DNA of 64,000 nucleotides. Source: Euprymna scolopes. Its lineage: Eukaryota. The stretch lies in NCBI GenBank assembly GCA_053919585.1, contig CM132792.1; one strand, written 5' to 3'. Under the pieces are notes generated by a model. The model was not told the origin of the DNA. It saw only the letters and a list, made by a program, of their open reading frames with translations, and made no database searches. Shown here one piece after another: positions 52,961 through 64,000 of the stretch (position 1 is its first letter; every line of letters starts with the position of its first letter). The position numbers and the translations under genes are program-made.

Positions 52961-54479
52961 TTGCACTAAATAAGCTTATATATACGAGTAATATACATAT
53001 AAGCTATACAAAAGTGATTCAGGCAATAATATTGATCAGTAGTTCGGGTATACTTGAACTAAATTGAAGTTATTATAGTAAAATCGGACTAAAGCATTTA
53101 AGATAAATGGGGTGAAAGACGTGTATGTAAATTTTACATGATGAGAATCTAAACAATTAATAATTAATAATAACTAACAATGATAAAAATATATACCTAT
53201 TATAAGTTTTAAAAAAGATAAGAAATAAATAAGCAGTAATAAGCTTAGAAAGATAATTATATTAAATTTTATACTAAATTTACATAGAGGGGCATTCACA
53301 TCCAACATATATATTCCATTATTGTGAGATACCTTACACTCGATCATTCTAGAATGAAAAAGGTTGATTGTTTCTAACATCTGTGTTCTCCCCATGTTTA
53401 TTTCTACTCATTCCTCTCACCTCTCTCTCTTCTCTTTTTTCTTCTTTGTCTAGCCATCTTTTCATTATTTTTTCATTATTTTGCATACCCTTTCATTATT
53501 TTTCTATATTCGTTAATATCAAAATCATATTTTCTGAAAACGCTTGCGTCTGTTTTCATTTTTTCTCAGATTCCAGATTAAAGTATCTTATTTGCTAACT
53601 TATATATTTTATATTTTTATTTTCCACTTCGCCATTTCAAAAATTCTCCTTAAATCTGGACATTAAAACAACGGTATGATGAGGCTTCCAAGTAATATCA
53701 TCTTTCGAGTGAATCATTGAACGGCTGTGATCTTGCTTCAGAATGAAATAGATATTCATGGTGTTTGTTCTCTGCTTCGTTCTCTTAGCGTTGTATTCTT
53801 ATTAATCGCAATTAAAACAAACAAGGAATAAACAATTTAAACCAGCATCGTTCGTTTCAACATAAGAGGTTTTGTAAAGTGATCGTATTAATCGAGGAAA
53901 ACTATTTGATTACTTTCAATAATAAGATGTTTAAAAGCCATAATAAGTAGAGACTTGTACACACACACACACACTGACAGGAAATATTAATAAAACTATA
54001 ATGATAATATTAACAACAATAGCACAAATAATAAACATAATAGTAATTGTAACAATAAGAGCCAACGTATAAATAACCAGAATAGTATTAGAAGAACGAG
54101 TATAATACTAATTATAAGGCTACTACTACTACTACTACTACTACTACTATCACTAATAATATTAATTAAAAAATCTAAATAAATAAAACCTAAAATATGA
54201 AGAATCTAGAAAGAAATAGTATATTAGTAAAAATATTAGCAATAAAAATNNNNNNNNNNNNNNNNNNNNNNNNNNNNNNNNNNNNNNNNNNNNNNNNNNN
54301 NNNNNNNNNNNNNNNNNNNNNNNNNNNNNNNNNNNNNNNNNNNNNNNNNNNNNNNNNNNNNNNNNNNNNNNNNNNNNNNNNNNNNNNNNNNAATTCCACT
54401 GTAGTTTAAAACATCGTCAATAGAATAATCGGTGAAATATTAGGTCCGATCAGACCGTGAATTAAAAATAAATATTTTT

Positions 54480-55112
54480 CTAGCTAAATATGGATAACTG
54501 CTTGAGATATGCTGCCAAGACTAAACTTGTTTCCTTCAATAACTAGAAGAAGCCTTCTCTACCACCAATAGCAATGGCCAAAGGCTCTTTATCTAAAAGT
54601 ACATCTACTAAACTCCTGGGCCTAACGTTCACAGGAAACATGAGTTGGAAAAATTACATTGAGAGCATTGCCAGGACCGCTGCGAAAAAGGTAGGTGCTC
54701 TCTACCGTGCTAGAAAGCTACTAACGCCTGTAAGTATCCTGTACCTCTATAAGGTCACCATTCGCCCATGTATGGAGTATTGTTGCCATATTCGGCCGGT
54801 GCATCTGCTACTAGTATCTCACTCTTAGACAAGGTTCAAAAGAGAGTCGCCAACCTAATAAGTCATGAACTGTCATCTAAGCTTCAGACTCTGTCCCATC
54901 GACGAAATGTAGCATCCCTCTGCCTGTTCTACGAGTACTTTAACGGTGAATGCTCCGACGAACTGCAAACACTTGTACCCCCTCGACATAAATAATCCCG
55001 ACAAGCCCGACAAGCAGCAAAATTCCACCCCTTCATAGTTGAGATCCCTAAATGTAAGAGAGCCTTCTATTCCAGTTGTTTCTTCCCTAGAACCGCTGGA
55101 CTTTGGAATTCC
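54480..55112 (+). mobile_element. CR1/Jockey-group LINE fragment, same family as 41150-41719
   Basis: LLGLTF...W..YIESIA..AAKKVGALYR...ILYLYKVTIRPCMEYCCHI; LLDKVQKR...LSHRRNVASLCLFY. Confidence 0.9.
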
Positions 55113-57021
55113 AAGACGATTCCCTACCACAATTGCTGTTCATTATAGTCATGATACCCTTGACCAATATAGTAAGAGAATGTCAATCAAGGTACAAGTT
55201 TAATGACACAAATGAAAGAATGCACCACCTAATTCATATGGATGACCTGAAACTGTTTGCAAAACAAAGGCATCACTAAGGGCGCTAATAAACACGACAA
55301 GAATCTTTAGCCAGAGTATCCGAATGGAAGCTGGTATAGAAAAGTGCGCACTGCTGATCATGAGAAGGGGAAAACAGAAAACAAAAAAAAAAACAAAACA
55401 AAAAAACTATAGTACTAGCCAATCAAACAGAGATAATGGCACTAGGTGAACATGATAGCTACAAATACTTGGCAGTGGTGGAAGCAGATGCCATCAAAAA
55501 ACATAAATTAAAGAAAATTGTCAACGAATACTTTAAAAGAACAAAAAAACTCCTCGAAACTAAACTATATAGTGGAAAGTTACTTAAAAAAATCAACACA
55601 TGGGCAGTGTCACTAGTTAAATACTCTGGACCGTTTATAAGATAGACCAAAGAAAAACTAAGTAATCTCGACCAGAAGATCAAGAAACTCATGACGATGC
55701 ACAATGCACTTCTGGCCGACTATATGTAAAAAGGAAAGACGGAGGAAGAGGGCTGCTTTTTATAGGAGACTGTGTAAATAACACACACAAAATAAAAAAG
55801 AATTAGAAAAATACATAATGCAGAACACTGAAATAATGATTACTGCAGGAAGAGTCACGGAAGAAAGAAACAAAATAAAAAAAGAAAACGAGGAATAACA
55901 CAGGGAAAGAAAAATGGGAAGAAAAACAGCTACCTGGACGTTTCATAAGGATGGCAAAAGATGAGACTAACGAAAACACCTGGAAATTGCTACCAAAAAG
56001 ATACTTAAACAGGGAAACTGAATCCCTAATAACAGCCGCACAAGATAACGCGATCAGAACCAACCACATTAAAGCAAGAATCGACAAGACAAAAAAAAAC
56101 AGCAGATGCAGACTCTGCGGACAAAGGGACAAACCAATAAACTACATAGACTGTTAATGCAGAAAACTAGCCTAAAATATGAAAATAAACAGGATAAAGT
56201 GTGGAAGGCGGTTCACAGGCAAATAAGCATACAATTGCATCTTGAACACCCAAACACATGCTACAAACATTAACCGATAACAGTACTTTAAAATGAATAT
56301 CACAAAATACTATGGCACATGGATGTACAAACGGATAAAACAACCCAAGCAAAAAGACCGGATTTCATAATAGTGAACAAGAAGGAAAAATCTGGTCAGA
56401 TTGTAGGTTTTGCTGTACCAGCATACCACAGTGAAGCTGAAAAACACGAAGCGGGGCAAATACACATAACTTAAAAGTAGAAAATGAAGAACGTTAAGAT
56501 AACGCCATTAATAGTAGCAGCTTTAGGAACAATACCGAAAAAAACTTTGAAAAAAAATTGGGAGAGATTGGAAGCAAAAGGATGGCTGAGAAGATAGGAT
56601 TGTTATAATGAAAACTGTAGAAATATTACTGGAAACTCTTGAATGTGGAGATAACACGCACGAATCACAAACACACATTTGACAAAAAACGACTACAGAT
56701 GTAAAAGGGAAAAGGAACATCACATGGAATTAACTGTGAGACACTGCCTCCTTTTTTGTTTTAGTGTATGTCACCATAAACTGATAACACACCAAACAAA
56801 TGAGGGTCAAGAAGGATGGAAAGACCGAGGAGAGAAATTACTGCACTGGTTGAGTGCAAAGAGGACTGAGACCTTGAGGAGTCATATTGCCACCTAAATT
56901 TCAGTGAAAACTTATGGTCGCTGCCAATGAGAAATCAATGCTAAGTGGCTGTTGCGATAACGCAAATATTTTTGAAAAGGTTATAAAAAGAGGTGGAGAG
57001 TACTAGAAATTTGGGGAGACT
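55113..57021 (+). mobile_element. R4/Dong-clade LINE, decayed: RT, CCHC finger, RLE, 3' UTR
   Basis: HLIHMDDLKLFAK, GIEKCA, YKYL, INTWAVSLVKYSG, RLYVKRKDGGRGL, ETESLITAAQDNAIRT, CRLCGQ, KRPDFIIV. Confidence 0.9.
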
Positions 57022-57164
57022 NNNNNNNNNNNNNNNNNNNNNNNNNNNNNNNNNNNNNNNNNNNNNNNNNNNNNNNNNNNNNNNNNNNNNNNNNNNNNNN
57101 NNNNNNNNNNNNNNNNNNNNNNNNNNNNNNNNNNNNNNNNNNNNNNNNNNNNNNNNNNNNCATA

Positions 57165-57530
57165 GACTCTCGTCACATTCAATAGTCGAGTTGTTTACGG
57201 TAAGATTTTTTTTCAATATTGCAGAAGTATATGTTAATCCTATTATTTGCGTACATCGGACTACTGTTCTCACCTTGAGTGGGATTTTCACAACGTTTTC
57301 GTCGATATAACCTCAGATCTTCTTCTGGTGTATCTTGTCGACCTCGGGAATGTTTCTGTCCTACTCTGGAATTCGGAAGGAATTTTGAACTGAACTTTTT
57401 TTTTTTTTTACTTTACGGGAGTAACATGCTCTGATTCTGTCAGCCATGGATGGACAGAGGTAAGTAATTCGCAATTGTATTTTTTGTCTCCCACACTGAG
57501 AATCGAACCTCCAAACTCCAGGAGCGTACC
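57165..57530 (-). mobile_element. tRNA-like B-box plus hammerhead short repeat (family B), longest copy
   Basis: Minus strand: GGAGGTTCGATTCTC (B-box, ~57498-57512), then ~170 nt later CAC CAGAAGA AGATC...GAC GAAAACG TT GTG (57289-57330). Confidence 0.6.
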
Positions 57531-58034
57531 ACTTTCACAATTGAATTTTCCAAGTATTCTGCCCACTGCACCACAAATTCTTGCGGACACATGAAGAAGG
57601 TCGGAGGTTACGTCAACAGAAACGCCGTGAAAATGACACTCAAGAACGAAAACCAAGTAGTGTCCAACGTTAAATGAGAACAAAAGAAATGGTTGTGATT
57701 TTACTCTTACATTTTTGAAGTCTCGATAATACATTAAAAATAAAGGATATCCCACAAAATATGGTTCGAAACGCTCCCAATAAATATTACCATGATATTT
57801 ATTGAATGGGTATCTAACAGTATTTTGTCTTATTTGCACGTGTTAGGAAATAAACAGCCTGTTATATATGTAGTTTAATACGAACCCAGCTTCGTTACAC
57901 TTAGCTATATTGTGCATACGTTTTAAGTCTCCACTTTGCTTGGAGTATTACGAGAAAGAGGAAGGATTATCGGTCAATTTTTACGAGGTGTCACAGCGTC
58001 GTAAAACCCCTAAAATCTTTTTATGCCTAATACG

Positions 58035-58416
58035 TTTAAAAGGCCTTTAGGAATAATATGAAAAGAGAAATTTGGAAAAAAAATAGCATTTTAGAGTGGG
58101 AGATTATTTTCTTACATAAATTTAACGTAAAGTGATTACCCACTTCTTGACCACTTAGCGGTAAACGAGACATGTCACCGTAGTATTATTTAAAGTTTGG
58201 CAAGCGCGGGGGTGGTGGGGAAGTGCGGCAAATATGACAATTTTGAGGGAGAGAGAGGATTACATTTGAAACATAAAATAACGACATATGTAATTGAAAT
58301 TTTAGTAGTGTTGGGGAAAATTTAAAACATAAAATAACACGGTAAACTTCATTTTCGTGTTGGGAGGGGGGAATACTAAATTTCTCTTTTCGTATTATTC
58401 ATAAAGGCCGTTTAAG
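58035..58416. repeat. Inverted-repeat pair (MITE-like)
   Basis: GGCCTTTAGGAATAATATGAAAAGAGAAATTT vs AAATTTCTCTTTTCGTATTATTCATAAAGGCC. Confidence 0.6.
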
Positions 58417-59622
58417 TAGATATTCATTTTTTTAAGGGTTAATGATGCTTATTTGTTTTTGGAGGGGGATAAAAATAAAACGAAAAATGAATTAATTACT
58501 TATTAATTAATACAGATACTACCTTTAAAAACTTCTCTAAGATTTTTTCGGATTTGCTGAAAACGAATATCGCATTCAAACTTATCTTTGCCAGTAAGTT
58601 AAGTGATTTTTTCGACTTCATTTACATGCGTGGCCCTTTAACCTTTTGAGCTATACAAACATTTTCAATAAATAAACATAAATTTCGTTACGTAACAATT
58701 CATTTTTCTCTCCATATTTGTTGTTTTCTCGATTATAAAATACCGCAGTTTTCGCGAAGAAAGAGGAAATTGTTGCTATCAACATGAGCCGCTTCCTATT
58801 TTATGGAGATTCTACTTTTTCCATTTATTTACTATAAAATGATATTTGTAAATTTATGTTCTTGTTTTAGTCGATACAGTAATGTATATTTTGGTTTTCC
58901 CTCTTGTAGTTCCAACCTCATCACTACATGGAAGGGGCTTAATTTCCAGATATATTTCAATCTGTTTGTTTTAATCATTCATTTTGATGCTTACATTTCC
59001 ATTACAAAGATGATTCGGTTTCCCCCTTCTCCAGTAGGACAGCTCGAACGCACCGCCTGATACCTAATCAGTTTTAAACTAGTCTTGGCAGTACAGAAAC
59101 ACAATCTTTATATCTGACAAGAGACTCAAGACATCAAACAGATCAAAATAATATATGAAATGTTTAAAATACAAGTATGTACGCCACAAAACAACCGTAT
59201 ACACACGAATACACATATATACATATACACTCAACTACACAGGCATACATATATGCATACGCACATATATACATAAATACACACGCATATATATATGTCT
59301 ATATATATATAATTATATATATATATATATATATATAATTATATATCTACATATACATTGTACATGCATATTGCTTATTTCCATTCACGCTACGCAGAAA
59401 GCGTTGTGCACATAGATATTTACAATGAAATATGTTTTTAGTCCAGAACAATCTTACATTTCCCCACCTAAACTATATAAATATGAAAGAAAAAGTTATA
59501 TAAATACGTAATATTATTGCTTTTCCATGATTTTATGTAAGAAAATCCGATTTTAATCCACTTTTATTTAACAACTATCATCTTCTTTCCAACCACAAAT
59601 ATATTTGTCGTTTCGTTCCTTT

Positions 59623-59672
<50 letters not shown>

Positions 59673-59727
59673 AGCTTACACACAGTCATAGATATATTTC
59701 TCTTTTCCTTTATTTTGCATATGTATA

Positions 59728-59765
<38 letters not shown>

Positions 59766-60271
59766 TATCCTTTAGCTCTTACAATGTTGCTCATATATAA
59801 AAAGTTTATATAATGATGTTGCTATATTTAATTTAGAAATGTCTGTGACATTCAGAACTCAATGTAGCATTTGAGGAAGAAAATCAAAAAAGGTTGTATT
59901 TTACGATTAAAATCACATAAACCTTTTATAAAAACGTTGGTTTAACTTCAATACATCTCTGGCTTATAAGTGCAGTGATCTTGAGGGTAATTAGTCTGTC
60001 GTTGTGACAAATCTGACAAACACTGCACTGCTTAGCAAAAGTTCAAATCGGATTCAGAACCATGGGCACAGCAACCTAAAATAAATCACGCATCTTTTTG
60101 TAGTAACTACTTAGAGTAAAACCTAAAGCTTTATCATAATTACATCATCATCACAACAGTATATTCTTTTCATTATTTTGACTCTCCAGTGTGTATCCGT
60201 TAACATCTTATACGCTTTATGTAGAGTGATGTGGGTATCATTGGTTAACTGTGCCAAACTGTGTCGGATAT

Positions 60272-60357
60272 TGTAGAGTTGAATGTAATAATCACAGAAG
60301 AAAGCGCCCGCGTCTGTGTGTATTGTGCGGTTATACAGCTTACCTTCGGATAGAATC

Positions 60358-60417
<60 letters not shown>

Positions 60418-63168
60418 TAAAGATAGTAGCCATTGATGTATAAGGGGCAGTCTCATAGAATCTCACGAGGTCTTATCTTCCACTGAACACGTATGCAAAT
60501 GGATTGGGCCAGTTTTCTAATAAAATGGCTGTTGCCAGAGGTGGTTGGGAGAACACAGGCTGGAAGTTGAGAAAGAAAGTTGATAGTGACGAATTTTAGC
60601 TGAACTTTTGCTTATTGTATTAATTTAACTTTGTTTTGCTGTTAACCAGCCCATTACACTGCAAGCTATTTCGGCGTAATGTAGAGTTGAATGTAATAAT
60701 CAAAGAAGAAAGCGCCCGCGCGTGTGTGTATTGTGCGGTTATATAACTTACATTAGTTTGGAATCTGAGAGAGAGAGAAGTTAAAGATGGCAGCCATGGA
60801 TTTTTAAGGTGTAGTCTCATGGAATCTCACGAGATCGCATCTTCCACTGCACACGTATGCAAATGGAATGGGGTCAGTTTTTCTAATAAAATGCCTGTTG
60901 CCTAGTGTGAAGAGCAGTGAACACGTGGTTCCTCTACCTCTGTCCGGCGGGGCTTCGCGCTATATCAACAGCTTAGTCCTGAGGAAAATAAACAGGATTA
61001 TGTAAGGATCACGGCAGCATTATACAAGCCGTTCGTTATCAACCCCGCCACTGCTTGTGAACAATTTTAGTCAAGAACCTTACATCCGGCGACACCGTCG
61101 ACGTTTATTTGGCCGAGCTGACAAAGTTGACGGTGTTGTTTGCTGGGCTGCATGAGAGGGCCTTGGCATGCAAATTTTTTGCAAGTCTCCCAACCGGAGC
61201 AAACAACTCCTGCGGGCTAGCTCAAGCATATCCTCAATGTCCCTTACTGACCTGGTAACCCGCTAAAGTAGACTGGTGCGTGCAGTGAGATAAGCTGAAC
61301 GTGTTGTTGGATGCGAGGTCTCTGGCAATTGGTGTGCTGTTGGAGAAGAATGTTGCTGCGATTGAGAACTCCTGCTGGCTGCTACCGGCGAATGACGCTG
61401 CTCATATCAACCTAGCAGAGCTCGATACGGTGATTAAAAGTATCAACCTGGCACTCCAGTGGAAAGTCAGGAAATTTTGCATACACAGGGATTCGATATG
61501 CGTGTACCACTGGATATCAGACACACTGACAGGCAAGACCAGGGTGCGCATTAAGGCAGCCAGCGAGATGCTTATCAGACGGAGGTTGGAGACCGTAAAA
61601 AAGCTGTACAAGCTGTCAGTAAATGCGGTACTGGTCATTTCAAATTGTAATCTTGCTGTTAGGCTCACTCGGGTGCCACAGAGATGGTATGAGCCCATGA
61701 AGAAGAAAGCCGAGCCAGTACCATTATGTGCCGCCTCTATTAAAGTGGCGGATAAAATCAGGAAGATACACCACCTCAGTGGGCACCCTGGAGTGAGACG
61801 GACATGTTATTTTGTGCAGTTGTTCAATCCGTCGGTGTCCAAAACTGCAGTGAAAGCGGTAGTCAATGAATGCCAGACATAACAGTCAATCGACCCCGCC
61901 CTGGCCAGATGGCGGAAAGATCAGCTGGGAGTAGACGCGACTTGGAGCCAACTAGGTATGGACATAACCCACTACGGCAGCCAGCACTTCCTCACCCTGA
62001 TCGATTGTGGACCGACAAGGTTCGTGGTCTGGCGCCCATTAATAATATAGGATTCCTCCAGTGTCATCCGTGAATTACAGTCAATATTTTATGAAAGGGG
62101 GCCGTCTGAATAGATCCTCACAGATAATGACACGGCCTTCTGCAGTGGAGAGTTCAGACGTTTCGTAGACAAGTGGGGGGTCCAGCTCAGACACAGACGT
62201 GCATATGTTTCGAGTGGCAACGGCATAGCAGAGCGGTGCCATCGAAGCGTGAAGAGGATGCAGCAAGACAACAATGCATAATTGCAGAGGCGGTCTATAG
62301 ATATGATGCAACACCAAAGGATGGCATGAGTGCTGCGAGCGCACCCACTAATGCGATCCATTGATATCGAGTGCGCATCAAGGACATTGACACCCATCTG
62401 ACTGACCGGCAGGAAACCCGAGTGCCGTATGAGTTAAAGTACACTGTTTGGGTGAAGCCTCCCAATAATCGATGTACCAACAGCTTTCAAAGAGGACCAA
62501 CCACTGGCATCATCAGTGAGCAAGCTGTGTTAGTCAATGGTATCCCACGCCATGTGAAGTGTATACGAACCAGTTGGCGAGTAGCAATAATGGTGACTCA
62601 TCCAACGATGGCCAGTGGATCCGACCTATTCCCCATGATGGTACAACTGCGAACCCTTACGCAGACGCCGATGGTTCCAGCACCCCGTCTAAGAGCTCCA
62701 ATAAAGATAAAGTAGTCTAACCAATTCCCCTTCGTAGGAGTACCCGCAACAAACGACCACTCCCACCATCACACATGTATGGTCTGGAGACCGGGAGGAG
62801 TGTAGAGATGAAGGTAATTATCAAAGAAAGCGTCTGTGTATTGTGCGGTTATACAACTTACCTTCGGATGGGATTTGAGAGAGAGAGAGAGGGAGGGAGA
62901 GAGAGGGAGAGAGATAGAAATTAAAGATGACAGCCATTTATTTATAAGGTGTGGTCTCGTTGAATCTCACGAGATCTAATCTTCCATTGCACACGTATGC
63001 AAATGACATGGGGCCAGTTTTCTAATAAAATGCCTGTTGGCAGAGGTGGTTGGGAGAACACATGCTGGAAGTTGAGAGAGAAATTTGATAGTGATGAATT
63101 CTAGCTGAACTTTTGCTTATTGTATTTATTTTATTTTGTTTTGCTGTTTACCAGCTCATTTAACTGCA
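60272..63168 (+). mobile_element. Gypsy/Ty3 LTR retrotransposon, internally deleted, with an extra partial LTR
   Basis: TG...CA LTRs at 60272-60663 and 62801-63168; partial LTR 60680-60902; 5-bp TSD GATAT; PPT GGGAGGAG before 62801. Confidence 0.93.
60903..62600 (+). pseudogene. gag fragment, RNase H and integrase; protease and RT deleted
   Basis: gag-like GFALYQQLS...TVDVYLAEL...QLLRASS. RNase H DARSLAIG...HINLAELD...DS. Integrase H...HPGV...C, MDITH, TDNDTAF, GNGIAERCHR. Confidence 0.88.
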
Positions 63169-64000
63169 GATATATACTCGAGAGTCAAAACAATGATAAG
63201 AATATTCTGTTGTCTTAGCCCTAATCATAAATTAGTTGGCTTGTTTTTTCCTGCAGAGTGTCAGTTGTAAACTATTTCCATTTGGCTTTTTTTTTTTAGA
63301 TGAGAACGTCTTGGTATCATCAAACTGTAATTTTGCGAATTTGCTGCGTTCTACCATTTATTTAACAATTCCTCATATTATTTAGAGCACCAACAAATGA
63401 ATTGTAGGGAAAATACTGATGAAATAATGAAAAAAAGCAATGTGGATGTAAAGAAATGTTCCCAGTTAACAAGCGAATTTTAATCTTCGGCGTTCAAAAT
63501 AAGAATGAATTAACTCGTGTCTGCGCAACTGGTTCCACGCATAATTCGCTTGAAATGACAAAAAAGCAAAGAAAAATATTGTAGACCAATCAGATGCGTT
63601 TATGAAATTTGCCTTGTTGACCATTCATGAATGCATAAACAGCCATATCTTTCTTCAATAAATAGTTAATCTGAATTCTAAGACCAATCGAACATCTATT
63701 CTGCCTCAGACTCCCCTCCTCATTCCCCCTTTGTCGAACACACGGTGGTCATCCCCACTAAAGCTTACACACAATCATAAACATATGCACGCAGACACTA
63801 AAGCACACAGATTGACTCAAACGTGAATCTTTTCTCATTATCGCTTACTCATCGAATACAAATATATGAACTTATTCATTTTAAATGTTCCAAATTTTCC
63901 CACTGAAATTTCTACCATAAAAATAAACAGATGAATATTAAATACTTTTAATGCATTCCAATCAAATAGAATTAGTATAGTCCGGCGAGGAAGTTTTGAT

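Larger units (their letters stand above)
60141..63223. mobile_element. Second hAT-MITE copy, split by the Gypsy insertion
   Basis: 60141-60271 and 63174-63223 join into the reverse complement of 14487-14666. TSD ATCATAAT/ATCATAAA. Confidence 0.8.

Noticed and set aside
4043-57310. ORFs containing X runs
   Set aside because: Open only because they cross N gaps.
63580-63695. Two GACCAATC (CCAAT) boxes as a promoter
   Set aside because: No linked exon or TSS evidence in the window.

Overview
AT-rich eukaryotic (metazoan) draft-assembly DNA with many N gaps. It is almost entirely intergenic or intronic and made of decayed transposable elements separated by (TA)n, (AG)n and (TAA)n microsatellites. 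No host gene can be called with confidence; one 96-nt candidate exon sits at 30194-30289. Recognisable TEs: a near-complete Penelope-like element (PLE: RT plus GIY-YIG) with an inverted 5' segment and two more PLE fragments; three Tc1 copies; three mariner/maT/rosa-type remnants; several non-autonomous Helitrons, one enclosing a ~150-bp tandem array; CR1/Jockey-group, RTE and R4/Dong LINE fragments; a 5S-derived SINE; hAT-type MITEs; and an internally deleted Gypsy element nested in a MITE. The most interesting signal is RNA-level and invisible in the ORF track: a set of minimal type I hammerhead ribozyme (HHR) motifs. One is intact (12799-12846) and one lies downstream of the PLE ORF (6359-6467). 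Two separate short repeat families join a tRNA-like Pol III promoter to an HHR, and one of them looks circularly permuted, as expected of retrozyme or Sm-alpha-like elements mobilised by PLEs. All calls are by eye; no database searches were run.
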